From a virus: a stretch of 64,000 nt of DNA. The notes beneath the pieces were generated by a model. The model was given only the letters and a program-made list of their open reading frames with translations. It was not told the DNA's origin and ran no database searches. The stretch lies in the IMG/VR virus record IMGVR_UViG_3300047673_000158, positions 19,412-83,411 of that record. One strand, 5' to 3'. Positions 53,724-63,481 of this stretch are shown here, piece after piece; the first letter of the stretch is position 1; every line of letters begins with the position of its first letter. The translations under genes and the position numbers were made by a program.

Positions 53724-55757
53724 ATGCGCCACCTTTTCAGCAATATCCCCGCCATTCGCAAGGCGCTAAAGCGCGCTGCCCGCAACCTTGTGCCGCCCGC
53801 CGACATGCTGCCGTCCGTGTGGGCTGAAGCCAATCTGATGATTCCGGCCGGTAACGCCGTACCGGGCTTGATTCGCTTCGACAATGCGCCGTACCAGCGC
53901 GGCATGCTGGACGTGATCGTTAAGCCGGGCATTAAGCGTGTTACTTACATGACCGGCGCGCAGCTTGGAAAGACGACTATCCAGCAGGCTATCGCCGGGT
54001 TTTTTATCGACCACGACCCGCGCAGCCAGATTTTCATTCAGCCGACGCAGGGCGACGTGCAGACGTTCCAGGAAACGAAACTGCGGCCGATGCTGGACGC
54101 GAACAAAAGCATTTCGCGCAAGCTGGCGAAGTCGCGCGGGCGCGATGGCGTCAACAACAGCCGCATCATTTCGTTTATCGGCGGCTGGCTTATGTTCGGC
54201 TGGGCAGGTTCGCCACGGACCCTGCGCGGCCGTTCCGCACCTGTCACGCAGGCCGACGAAGTGGACGGCATGCTGGCCGACACGGGCGAGGGCGACCCGC
54301 TGGAACTGCTGGCGCAGCGCGCCGCGACGTTCGGGGATTTGCAGCTTAGAACCGAATCCAGCACGCCGACCATTAAGGGCGCATCGCGCATCGAAACGTC
54401 GTTCCTGATGGGCGATCAACAGCGCTATTACGTGCCGTGCCCTGACTGCGGCGAGGCGCAGTATTTGAAGTGGCCGCAAGTGATCTGGACCGGCCGCGAC
54501 AATCTGGAAGGCGAGCAAGACCCGGACAGCGCGCGATACTGCTGCGAACACTGCGGCAGCCTGTGGGACGACGGCCAGCGGGTAATGGCCATTCGCACGG
54601 CTGAAGCCAAGGGCTGGGGCTGGAAGGCTTCGAAGCCGTTCAAGGGCCACGCATCATTCCACGCACCCGAAATTCTTTCGACGTTCCGCAAGCTGCGCGA
54701 CATCGTGCAGTCCTATTTGGACAAGCTGGCGGCCGGTGATCTGCAATCGTTCGTGAACGTTTCCCTGGCTGAAACATTCGAGGAAACCGCCGAACAGGCC
54801 GACCCGGATTCACTCTACGCGCGCCGGGAAGTGTACGCGGCGCAGGTGCCAATGCACGGCCTGTATCTGACGTGCGGCGTAGACATGCAAATCGACCGCC
54901 TGGAAGTGAAAATTACGGCGTGGGGGTTGTTCGAACAGTCATGGTCTATCGCTTACCGCGTGCTGTACGGCGACCCGCTGGCGGGCGACGTGTGGAACGA
55001 TCTGGACGACTTGCTGGCGGAAACGTTCGAACATGAAAGCGGCACGCTGCTATCCATCCAGGCCACCTGCCTGGACACGGGCGGCACCACGGGTATGACG
55101 CAGGCCGCCTATGAATACATTCGCGCCCGGCGCGGCCGAAAGATATTCGCTATCAAGGGTATTCCAGGCTGGGGCCGCCAGATTGTCGAGAAGCCGCAGC
55201 GCAAGCAATCGGGCAAGCACAGCCGGAAAGTGGACCTGTACCAGGTGGGGACCGACGAAGCCAAGCTGGTGGTAATGCGCCGCCTTGCGCTGAAGCGTGA
55301 AGGGCCGGGCTATTGCCACTTTCCGGCCGACGAAGACCACGGCGAAGACTATTTCAAGCAAATAACGGCTGAAAAGCTGAAAACCCGCTTTGTACGGGGC
55401 TTTCCGGTGCGCGAGTGGCACAAGCCAGATAAGGCCAGAAACGAGGTTTTGGACTGCACTGTGTACGCCATGGCAGCCCTAAAAATCATGAATCCGAGCC
55501 TGAAACAGCTTGCAAAAAGGCTGATTTTGAACCCGGAAACGCAGACATGGGCGCCCGTGGCCGACAATCCGGCCGAAATCGCGCCGGTTCAGCCCGAAAA
55601 GCCGCGCCCGTTGCCAAAACCGACGCCGAAGCCCGCCAGGCAGCCGGAAAACCCCGCCGTGGCTAAGGAACAGGCGCCCAGCGAAACTAGGCCCATTAAA
55701 CGGGCGAAATCGCTAACCGCAGGCCGACGCCGTGGGGGATTCGCCACCAACTGGTGA
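53724..55757 (+). CDS. terL: Terminase large subunit (copy B)
   Basis: GpA motifs as in copy A. Confidence 0.95.
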   Translation: MRHLFSNIPAIRKALKRAARNLVPPADMLPSVWAEANLMIPAGNAVPGLIRFDNAPYQRGMLDVIVKPGIKRVTYMTGAQLGKTTIQQAIAGFFIDHDPRSQIFIQPTQGDVQTFQETKLRPMLDANKSISRKLAKSRGRDGVNNSRIISFIGGWLMFGWAGSPRTLRGRSAPVTQADEVDGMLADTGEGDPLELLAQRAATFGDLQLRTESSTPTIKGASRIETSFLMGDQQRYYVPCPDCGEAQYLKWPQVIWTGRDNLEGEQDPDSARYCCEHCGSLWDDGQRVMAIRTAEAKGWGWKASKPFKGHASFHAPEILSTFRKLRDIVQSYLDKLAAGDLQSFVNVSLAETFEETAEQADPDSLYARREVYAAQVPMHGLYLTCGVDMQIDRLEVKITAWGLFEQSWSIAYRVLYGDPLAGDVWNDLDDLLAETFEHESGTLLSIQATCLDTGGTTGMTQAAYEYIRARRGRKIFAIKGIPGWGRQIVEKPQRKQSGKHSRKVDLYQVGTDEAKLVVMRRLALKREGPGYCHFPADEDHGEDYFKQITAEKLKTRFVRGFPVREWHKPDKARNEVLDCTVYAMAALKIMNPSLKQLAKRLILNPETQTWAPVADNPAEIAPVQPEKPRPLPKPTPKPARQPENPAVAKEQAPSETRPIKRAKSLTAGRRRGGFATNW

Positions 55758-55761
55758 CGCA

Positions 55762-56292
55762 ATGCAGGGGCAATTTCCTAACAGCATCCGTGCTGGCGTG
55801 ACGTTTTCGCGCACCGTGTGCCTGAAACAGTACCAAGCGCCCGAATGGGCGCTTTCTGTGCTGCTGCGCGGACCAAAGGCCATTGATTTTTCCAGCGTGC
55901 CTTCTGGTAGCGACCACCTGCTGACGGTGGACGCCGCGACCACGGCAACGTGGCCCGCTGGTGATTACGTTTTCGCAGTCCGGGCAGTATCGAACGGCAC
56001 CGTAATGGAAGTGGAAGCCGGGCTGGTGACGGTTCAGCCTGACATTGCCGCGATGGCTGACGGCACCGACACCCGCGTGCATGCCCAGCGTGTCCTGGAT
56101 GCCATCGAAGCGGTGCTGGAAAAGCGCGCGACGCAGGATCAAATGCGCTACGCCATCAATAACCGCGAGTTGTGGCGCACGCCCATTGCGGACCTGCTGG
56201 CCCTGCGGAATTTCTACAAAAGCGAACTGCGCCGCATGAAGGCCGCCCAGCGTGGCCGCCTGTTTGGCGAACAGGTAAAGGTGATTCTCTAA
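55762..56292 (+). CDS. Head completion protein (copy B)
   Basis: Ortholog of 12168-12698. Confidence 0.7.
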   Translation: MQGQFPNSIRAGVTFSRTVCLKQYQAPEWALSVLLRGPKAIDFSSVPSGSDHLLTVDAATTATWPAGDYVFAVRAVSNGTVMEVEAGLVTVQPDIAAMADGTDTRVHAQRVLDAIEAVLEKRATQDQMRYAINNRELWRTPIADLLALRNFYKSELRRMKAAQRGRLFGEQVKVIL

Positions 56293-57872
56293 TGGGAATG
56301 TTCGATTTCATTCGTTCGCGCGGGCTGATGCCTGCCCGCGCCGTCGAAATGCCGTCCACCACGCCACCTTCCCGCCCTGTGCGCGCCCTGCGCGCTGCTG
56401 GCCGCGCGCTTCGTTCCGCGATGCAGTTCAACGCTGCTGGATTTGATCGTTTAAACGCAACGTGGACCGGCACGGCGCTGCCCGCTGACTGGATCATTAC
56501 GCGGAACTATCGCCCGCTTGTCGCGCGCTCGCGTGACCAGGCGATGAATAACGACTATGCGCGGGCGTTCCTGCGCATGTGTAGCCAGAATATCGTGGGG
56601 CCGAAAGGCATAACCATGAAAGCCGCTTTCAAAAAAGCGGACGGCAGCCACGACGCGGACACCAGCCGGGCGCTGAAGTCCGCATGGGAACAGTGGGGCC
56701 ACAAAAGCACGGCCGACGTGGCGGGCAAAAAGTCGTGGCGCGCTATCCAGCGCTTGCTGGTGAAAAGCGCGGCGCAGGACGGAGAATTTTTCCTGCGCAT
56801 TGTCACGGGCAAAGACGCTGGAAAGTGGGGTTTTGCGGTGCAGGTGATCGACCCGTTGCGGGTGCCGATTGACTACAACGTGGACCGCTACAACCAGGGC
56901 AATTTCATTCGCCACGGGATCGAGTTCAACCGTTACGGCCGCCCGGTGGCCTACCACCTTTCGACGGTGGACGACGGCGAAGCCGAATATGAGTATGCGG
57001 GCGTTGGTTACACGACCGTACCTGCCGACCAGATGGTGCACGGCTTCCTGGAAGACCTGGTGGGCCAGAAACGCGGCCTGCCATGGATGGCCACGGCGCT
57101 ATTCCGTATGCGGAATATGGCCGCATTCGAAGACGCGGCAATCATCAATGCACGCGTTGGCGCGTCAAAAATGGGTTTCGTCCAGTGGAAAGACGGCGAG
57201 GCGCCGGAATTCGAAGACGGCGACGACCCCACTAGCCTGGAATTCGACGCAGAACCTGGCTCTTTCAACGTGCTGCCGCAGGGCGCCGAAATGAAGGAGT
57301 GGCTGCCGCAGTATCCCAGCGGTGAATTTCTGCCCGTCTTCAAAACTCTGCTTCGCGGCGCAAGCGCAGGCTTTGGTGTTTCGTACAACAACCTAGCCAG
57401 CGACCTGGAAGGCGTCAATTTTTCGAGTATCCGCCAGGGCACGCTGGACGAACGCGAGCATTGGAAAGAATTGCAGGAATGGCTGATTGAAGACGCCATC
57501 CAGCCGGTGCAGGAAGCATGGCTGCGCTATTCGCTGCTGAAAGGCCGAATCAAGGTTAAAGGAAAGCCGCTTTCACCTGCGCTTCTGGACGACTTGCAGG
57601 ACGCCATTAGTTGGCAGCCGCGCCGCTGGCAGTGGATCGACCCGACAGCCGACGTAGCAGCCGCCGTGGAGTCGAAAAACAACCTGCTAACCAGCGCTGG
57701 CCGAATCATTCGCGAATGGGGCGGCGATCCTGACGAAATCTTTGCCGACATTGCCGCCGACATTAAGGCGATGGAAGCCGCTGGCATTGACGAAAAATAC
57801 ATTCTGGCATCCATGGGCCAAGCGCTTGCGCCGCCGCCCGTGGCGTCAGAAGGCAGCCACCCGAACAGCTAA
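56292..57872 (+). CDS. Portal protein (copy B)
   Basis: Ortholog of 12698-14278. Confidence 0.95.
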   Translation: MGMFDFIRSRGLMPARAVEMPSTTPPSRPVRALRAAGRALRSAMQFNAAGFDRLNATWTGTALPADWIITRNYRPLVARSRDQAMNNDYARAFLRMCSQNIVGPKGITMKAAFKKADGSHDADTSRALKSAWEQWGHKSTADVAGKKSWRAIQRLLVKSAAQDGEFFLRIVTGKDAGKWGFAVQVIDPLRVPIDYNVDRYNQGNFIRHGIEFNRYGRPVAYHLSTVDDGEAEYEYAGVGYTTVPADQMVHGFLEDLVGQKRGLPWMATALFRMRNMAAFEDAAIINARVGASKMGFVQWKDGEAPEFEDGDDPTSLEFDAEPGSFNVLPQGAEMKEWLPQYPSGEFLPVFKTLLRGASAGFGVSYNNLASDLEGVNFSSIRQGTLDEREHWKELQEWLIEDAIQPVQEAWLRYSLLKGRIKVKGKPLSPALLDDLQDAISWQPRRWQWIDPTADVAAAVESKNNLLTSAGRIIREWGGDPDEIFADIAADIKAMEAAGIDEKYILASMGQALAPPPVASEGSHPNS

Positions 57873-57878
57873 GACACC

Positions 57879-59801
57879 ATGACGACACCGACGACAAAAG
57901 AGCCGATTTCCCTGCGCGAAATTAACAGCCGTGGCGTGCATTTGCGCACCGCCGAAGTGGGCGCAATCGACGTGGAAGCGCGCACCGTAGAACTGGCGTT
58001 TAGTTCGGAAATTGAAGTGCCGCGCTGGTGGGGCGTTGAGATTCTTTCGCACGCCGAAGGTGCCGCCGACTTGTCGCGCCTGAATAACGGCGGTGCGCTG
58101 CTGATGGACCACGACCGCACCGACCAGGTGGGCGTGATCGAATCCGCGCGAATCGACGGCGACAAGCGCGGCCGGGCTGTCGTTCGCTTCGGGCGCGGCG
58201 TGCGCGCCAGCGAAGTGTTCCAGGACGTTATCGACAAAATCCGCACCCACGTGTCCGTGGGTTACACCATTGACGCGTACATCCTGACCGAGGAACGCGA
58301 AGGCGAGCCCGTGTACACCGTCACTTCCTGGATGCCCATGGAAATTTCCTTTGTGAGCATTCCGGCTGACGACTCCGTGGGCGTAGGGCGTTCGGCAGAA
58401 AACCCCGCCGTGGAAACGCCCGTGGCAGCGCCGCAAAATCCGAACATGCCCGAAACGGGCAGCGAAACACCACACACTCAAGGAATCCGAAGCATGCCGG
58501 AACTGAACCAGGAACCGCAAACCATCGACGCCGACGCACAGCGCCGCGCCGGTGCTGATGCCGAGCGCGCCCGCGTTCGGGAAATCATGGCCGCAGGCAA
58601 CAAATATGGCGCCGACGACTTGGCGCGCGATTTCGTTTCGAGCGGCAAGACCATGGACGAGTTCCGCGAAGCGCTTCTGGCGCACGTCGAACAGCGCCAA
58701 ACGCGCCCGCTGGCCGAACAGACGCTGGACGCGTCCGTGGGCCTGTCGGCTGAAGACGCGCGCAAATTTTCGTTCATGAAGGCAATCCGCGCGCTGGCGA
58801 ATCCGACCGACCGCAAGGCGCAGAAGGAAGCCGGTTTCGAAATCGAAGCTGGCCGCGCTGCCGCCGAAAAGCTGGGCAAGGAAGCGCAGGGCATCATGGT
58901 GCCGCCCGAAGTGCTGGGCCGCTCGCTGATCGAATCGCGAAATTTCAACGCTGGCCAGAACGGCCAAACCGGCGCAGGTTCGACGGGCGGCGCATCCATC
59001 GCCACCGAACTGATGGCGAGCGCGTTTATCGACTTGCTGCGCAACGCCACGACCATCATGCAATTGGGCCGACCGATTGGCGGCCTGGTCGGAAACGTGG
59101 ACATTCCGCGCAAAACTGCCCGCTCGCAAGGCTACTGGATCGGTGAAGGCGACGATGCGCCCGAAGGCGAAATGGACCTGGGCCAAATCGCGCTTTCTCC
59201 GAAGACGGTTGCAGCGTATTCGGACATTACGCGTCGCCTGATGATGCAATCGAGCCTGGACGTGGAAGCGCTGGTGCGCGCCGATCTGGCCGAGGCGCTG
59301 GGCCTGGCGATCGACTACGCCGGTTACTACGGTTCGGGCACGGCACACCAGCCGAAGGGCATTTCTAACTACACGGGCATTTCCGCCGTGGCGTTCGCAG
59401 CGGCCAATCCGTCGTATGCAGAAGCCGTGGCGATGGAAACCGCGATTGCGTCGAAAAACGCGGCCGTGTCGAACATGGCCTATGTCGTCAATGCGACCAC
59501 CAAGGGCGGCGCAAAGACCACGCAGAAATTCCCCGGCACGCCGACCGGCGCGACGCTGTGGGAGCAAGGCGACACGATGAACGGGTATCAAACCCGCGTG
59601 ACGAACCAGCTTCAGAGCGACGACGTGTTTTTTGGCAACTTCGCGGATCTGATTATCGCCATGTGGGGCGGCCTGGACCTGACGGTTGACACCATGTCCC
59701 TGTCGAAGTCGGGCGGAACCCGCATCGTGGTTTTCCAGGATGTCGATTTCGCATTGCGTCGCGTCGAATCGTTCTGCGTGGGTCGCCATACCGGCGCGTA
59801 A
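57879..59801 (+). CDS. Protease-major capsid fusion (copy B)
   Basis: Ortholog of 14285-16213; internal ATG 58494. Confidence 0.93.
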   Translation: MTTPTTKEPISLREINSRGVHLRTAEVGAIDVEARTVELAFSSEIEVPRWWGVEILSHAEGAADLSRLNNGGALLMDHDRTDQVGVIESARIDGDKRGRAVVRFGRGVRASEVFQDVIDKIRTHVSVGYTIDAYILTEEREGEPVYTVTSWMPMEISFVSIPADDSVGVGRSAENPAVETPVAAPQNPNMPETGSETPHTQGIRSMPELNQEPQTIDADAQRRAGADAERARVREIMAAGNKYGADDLARDFVSSGKTMDEFREALLAHVEQRQTRPLAEQTLDASVGLSAEDARKFSFMKAIRALANPTDRKAQKEAGFEIEAGRAAAEKLGKEAQGIMVPPEVLGRSLIESRNFNAGQNGQTGAGSTGGASIATELMASAFIDLLRNATTIMQLGRPIGGLVGNVDIPRKTARSQGYWIGEGDDAPEGEMDLGQIALSPKTVAAYSDITRRLMMQSSLDVEALVRADLAEALGLAIDYAGYYGSGTAHQPKGISNYTGISAVAFAAANPSYAEAVAMETAIASKNAAVSNMAYVVNATTKGGAKTTQKFPGTPTGATLWEQGDTMNGYQTRVTNQLQSDDVFFGNFADLIIAMWGGLDLTVDTMSLSKSGGTRIVVFQDVDFALRRVESFCVGRHTGA

Positions 59802-59889
59802 GTTTTAGGCAGTAAGCGGCATAGGCTGCCGCTACTGAGACACGGAACGGGCAGCGAAGCGCTGCCCGTTTTCACATCAAATCGAGGAA

Positions 59890-60084
59890 ATGAAAGTGGC
59901 TTTCGAACGCGGGGAAGTGCTGGAAGTGCTGAAGCCGTTTTTTGTGGACGGCGAAATGGTTATGCCGGGTGATCGGGTGGAATTGCTGCGCGCCGACGCC
60001 ATGCAACTGAAATCACGCGGCATGGTGGTGGCAGAAGGCGCCCAGCGGGCTGCCAAGCCATCGGCCAAGGGCAAGGCCGCCTGA
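59890..60084 (+). CDS. Small head-associated protein (copy B)
   Basis: Ortholog of 16303-16497. Confidence 0.6.
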   Translation: MKVAFERGEVLEVLKPFFVDGEMVMPGDRVELLRADAMQLKSRGMVVAEGAQRAAKPSAKGKAA

Positions 60085-60401
60085 TGCCAGCGCATCCCGC
60101 CTGGGACGTTCTGGACGATTTTCTGGACCCGGACGACTTCGCCAGCCAGGCAACAATCACGCTGGCCAATGGCAGCGTGATTGTTGCCATGGGCGTGCTG
60201 GACGAGCCGGGGCAGACCATTGGCGTGGGCACCGCCGAAATGGACACCACGCGGCCGGTTTTCACGTGCAAGTTTGTGGACGTGGCAGCCGTTCGGCGCG
60301 GCAATGCGGTGGTGATCGAGAGCAAGGCTTACGAAGTCCACAAAAGCCCGCACGCCCTGGGTGACGGCATGGCCCTGCTGTACCTGGAACCCTCGCTGTG
60401 A
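60084..60401 (+). CDS. Head-tail joining protein (copy B)
   Basis: Ortholog of 16497-16814. Confidence 0.75.
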   Translation: MPAHPAWDVLDDFLDPDDFASQATITLANGSVIVAMGVLDEPGQTIGVGTAEMDTTRPVFTCKFVDVAAVRRGNAVVIESKAYEVHKSPHALGDGMALLYLEPSL

Positions 60402-60964
60402 TTGAAATTTCGATTGACGAACACAGCCTGGACGCTATCGAAGCGTTTCTGGCTGCGACGCCTAAGCAGGTGGACAAGGCGCTGAATTCGACTTTCACGA
60501 AGATGGCGCGCTGGCTAACGGCCAAATCAATCCGCGAGCTATCCGCACACCTGAAGCTGCCGCGAAAGGAAATGAAACGGCGGCTGCGCACGTTCCGGCT
60601 GTCGCGCGTGGCGGGCGGTAAGGGCGTGCGGGTGTGGTACGGGCTGGACCCGATAGGCGTCATTCACCTGGACGCAAAGGAAGACCGGGGGATAGGCGGT
60701 GGCGTGGCCGCCTACGGCGACCGCTTTTTTGCTAACGCGTTCATAGCGAAGGGCCGGGCAGGCAACGGCGGCACGGCCGCGTCCAACAGGCAGGTTTTCA
60801 AGCGCAAGGGCCGCGCCCGGCTGCCGCTTCAGAAAGTCACTGTCGCGCTGGGCGATCCGGCGCAAACGTACATCGAAGACCACCTGCTGGGCGGGTCCGT
60901 CTTTATGGATCGGTTTTTTAAAACATTCGAACACGAACTGACATGGCGACAACGCTCCCAATAG
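60398..60964 (+). CDS. Minor tail protein Z-like (copy B, divergent allele)
   Basis: Ortholog of 16811-17389. Confidence 0.72.
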   Translation: MIEISIDEHSLDAIEAFLAATPKQVDKALNSTFTKMARWLTAKSIRELSAHLKLPRKEMKRRLRTFRLSRVAGGKGVRVWYGLDPIGVIHLDAKEDRGIGGGVAAYGDRFFANAFIAKGRAGNGGTAASNRQVFKRKGRARLPLQKVTVALGDPAQTYIEDHLLGGSVFMDRFFKTFEHELTWRQRSQ

Positions 60965-61506
60965 TCCAGATTTCTGGCGTTAAAGCCGCCATCGTGGCCG
61001 CGATCCAGGCGACATTCCCCGACTTTAAGGCGGTGGTATTTGACCGCGAGGAAACCGACCGCGACGCGCTGGAAGCCGACGAACTGCCGGGCATCCTGCT
61101 GGACATTACCGAATTTGAAGACGAACCCGATTGCGACCGCTCAAACGGGCTTATCCCGATGCGTGGCCGCTTCGAAGCGCGGGTGGTGGTCGGATACAAG
61201 ACGACGCAGGCGAAGACCGCAGCGCAGGCCGCAGCAATGACGCTGGCCGCATGGCTGCGCCTGAAGCGGTTCAATTCGGATTCATGCTGGACCGAGGCGG
61301 CGCACGTGATTGGCGCGTACCGTGACGAGTTCCACCCGATGGCCGACCGCTATGTGGTTTGGCGTGTCGAGTGGACGCAGGTAATTCAGTTCGGTACGGA
61401 CATTTACGCAGAAGGCGACCTGCCGACGCCGAACCCGTCTTACAGCTTTGCGCCTGACATTGGCACGGGCCACGAAGCTGATTACATCCCGCTGGTGCCG
61501 CAATGA
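60943..61506 (+). CDS. Tail terminator (copy B)
   Basis: Ortholog of 17365-17931. Confidence 0.65.
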   Translation: MATTLPIVQISGVKAAIVAAIQATFPDFKAVVFDREETDRDALEADELPGILLDITEFEDEPDCDRSNGLIPMRGRFEARVVVGYKTTQAKTAAQAAAMTLAAWLRLKRFNSDSCWTEAAHVIGAYRDEFHPMADRYVVWRVEWTQVIQFGTDIYAEGDLPTPNPSYSFAPDIGTGHEADYIPLVPQ

Positions 61507-62174
61507 GCGCCCAGGACATTGGCGAACTGCAACGGCAGATTTCGCAGCTAATCCGCATTGGCACCGTGGTTTCCGTGACCGGCGACATGGCCGCGGTGGA
61601 AATTGGCGGGGTGGAGTCGGACCCGATGCAATGGGCGGTGCAGCGCGCCGGGCCAGATGCCGAATGGTGGGCGCCGGAACCGGGCGAACAGGTGGTGATC
61701 CTGACGCCTTACGGCGACGTGGCGCAGGCCATCATCCTGTTTTCGCTGTATCAGGATTTGTACGCGGCGCCCGCGAACGATCCGAACGTGCATCGGGTTT
61801 CGTACAAAGACGGGACCGTGATCCAGCACGACCGCAGCGCGAAGGCGTACAGCGTCAACGTGCCCGCTGGCGGAAGCATTTCGCTTACCGTGGGCAGCAC
61901 GTCGCTGGTGCTGGTTGACGGCAAAGCGACGCTGACGGCGCAGCAGTTCGAACACGTGGGCGACCAGGCGACATTCGACGGCGCGGCGACCATTAAAAAG
62001 CTGCTGTCGTGGCTGTCCGGGGTATCCGGTGCGGCTGGAAGTGGCGGCGGAACGAACGCCATCAATGGCGGCGTAAATGTCGTGAATGGTGACGTGGTTG
62101 TGGATGGCATTGGTGTTAAGTCGCACCACCACAACGAACACGACGGCCCGCCGACCAGCAACGCGCAAGCCTAA
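61503..62174 (+). CDS. Baseplate spike gpV-like (copy B)
   Basis: Ortholog of 17928-18599. Confidence 0.9.
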   Translation: MSAQDIGELQRQISQLIRIGTVVSVTGDMAAVEIGGVESDPMQWAVQRAGPDAEWWAPEPGEQVVILTPYGDVAQAIILFSLYQDLYAAPANDPNVHRVSYKDGTVIQHDRSAKAYSVNVPAGGSISLTVGSTSLVLVDGKATLTAQQFEHVGDQATFDGAATIKKLLSWLSGVSGAAGSGGGTNAINGGVNVVNGDVVVDGIGVKSHHHNEHDGPPTSNAQA

Positions 62175-62219
62175 ACCCCGCCGTGGAACGGGGCGCTGGC
62201 CACGGCCAGAATCCCGTTC

Positions 62220-62558
62220 ATGAACGGAACCAACGCGACTACTGGAAAGCCGCTTTCAGGCGTTGAACACCTGCGGCAATCCATTACTGACATTCTCACG
62301 ACGCCAATAGGCAGCCGTGTGATGCGCCGCGACTACGGCAGCAAGCTGTTTAGCCTGGTTGATGCCCCAATGAATCTTTCCACCGTGTCGCGCATCTACG
62401 CCGCTACGGTGGCCGCGATTCGCAAGTGGGAACCCCGCTTTCAGGTTACACGCGTAAGCCTTTCCAGCGCCGAACCGGGCGCAATCGCGCTGGACATTTT
62501 CGGCAATTACCTGCCTGACGGGCAGCCCGTAAAAATTGACGGCATAAAGGTTTCGTAA
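62220..62558 (+). CDS. Baseplate gpW-like (copy B)
   Basis: Ortholog of 18645-18983. Confidence 0.93.
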   Translation: MNGTNATTGKPLSGVEHLRQSITDILTTPIGSRVMRRDYGSKLFSLVDAPMNLSTVSRIYAATVAAIRKWEPRFQVTRVSLSSAEPGAIALDIFGNYLPDGQPVKIDGIKVS

Positions 62559-63481
62559 TGTCCAACGCCTATACAGCGGTGGACCTGTCCACACTTGCAC
62601 CGCCGCAGGTTATCGAAGCGCTGGATTTCGATACGATTTTCGCGGACATGCTGGCCGATCTGATTGCGCGAAGCGCGAACGATCCATACCCGTTTACCGC
62701 GCTTGTCGAGTCAGACCCGGCTTACAAGGTTTTGCAGGTGGCGGCCTATCGTGAAGTCCTGCTGCGCCAGCGCATCAACGAAGCCGCCCAGGCGCTAATG
62801 CTCGCGTATGCGACCGGGACCGACCTGGACCAAATCGGCGCCGGGCTGGACGTGCCGCGCCTGACAATCACGCCAGCCGACGATACGACCATACCGCCGA
62901 CGCCTGCCGTGATGGAGAGCCACGCCGCATACCGCGCCCGCATCCAGCAGTCTTTCGAAGGCTTCAGCAGCGCCGGGCCGGTGGGCGCCTATCAGTTTTA
63001 CGCGCTGTCGGCAGATGGCCAGGTGCGGGACGTAAGCGTTACGTCGCCCACGCCTGGGACCGTGCTGGTAACGATCCTGTCTGCAAATGGCGACGGCGGC
63101 GCAGACAGCGACCCGGACGGCAAGCTGCTGGCGGCCGTCACTGCGGCGCTGACGGCGGAAAACGTGCGCCCGCTGTGCGACACGGTTCTGGTCCAGTTCG
63201 CGGGAATCCTGCCCTACACGCTGAACGCCACGCTGGAAATTTACGCGAGCGTGGACCAGGAAGCGGTTCTGGCCATGGCGAACCAAACGGCGGCCGAATA
63301 CACGCTGGCCTGCTGGAAATGCGGCGCCGCGCCGACGCTGGCAGGCGTGTATGCGGCGCTGTTTGTTACGGGCGTTCACAACGTGATTCTTCACGCGCCG
63401 GGCATCCAGGCCGACATGGTGGCGACGAAGACGCAGGCCGCCTTCTGTACTGGAATCACGATTAACGGGGTGGTGGCGTGA
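62558..63481 (+). CDS. Baseplate J-like (copy B)
   Basis: Ortholog of 18983-19906. Confidence 0.93.
   Translation: MSNAYTAVDLSTLAPPQVIEALDFDTIFADMLADLIARSANDPYPFTALVESDPAYKVLQVAAYREVLLRQRINEAAQALMLAYATGTDLDQIGAGLDVPRLTITPADDTTIPPTPAVMESHAAYRARIQQSFEGFSSAGPVGAYQFYALSADGQVRDVSVTSPTPGTVLVTILSANGDGGADSDPDGKLLAAVTAALTAENVRPLCDTVLVQFAGILPYTLNATLEIYASVDQEAVLAMANQTAAEYTLACWKCGAAPTLAGVYAALFVTGVHNVILHAPGIQADMVATKTQAAFCTGITINGVVA

Noticed and set aside
57846-59789. 647-aa minus-strand ORF (also 23788-25365, 38011-39228 and similar)
   Set aside because: Antisense shadows of GC-rich genes; the equivalent frame is broken in the other copy and has no protein motifs
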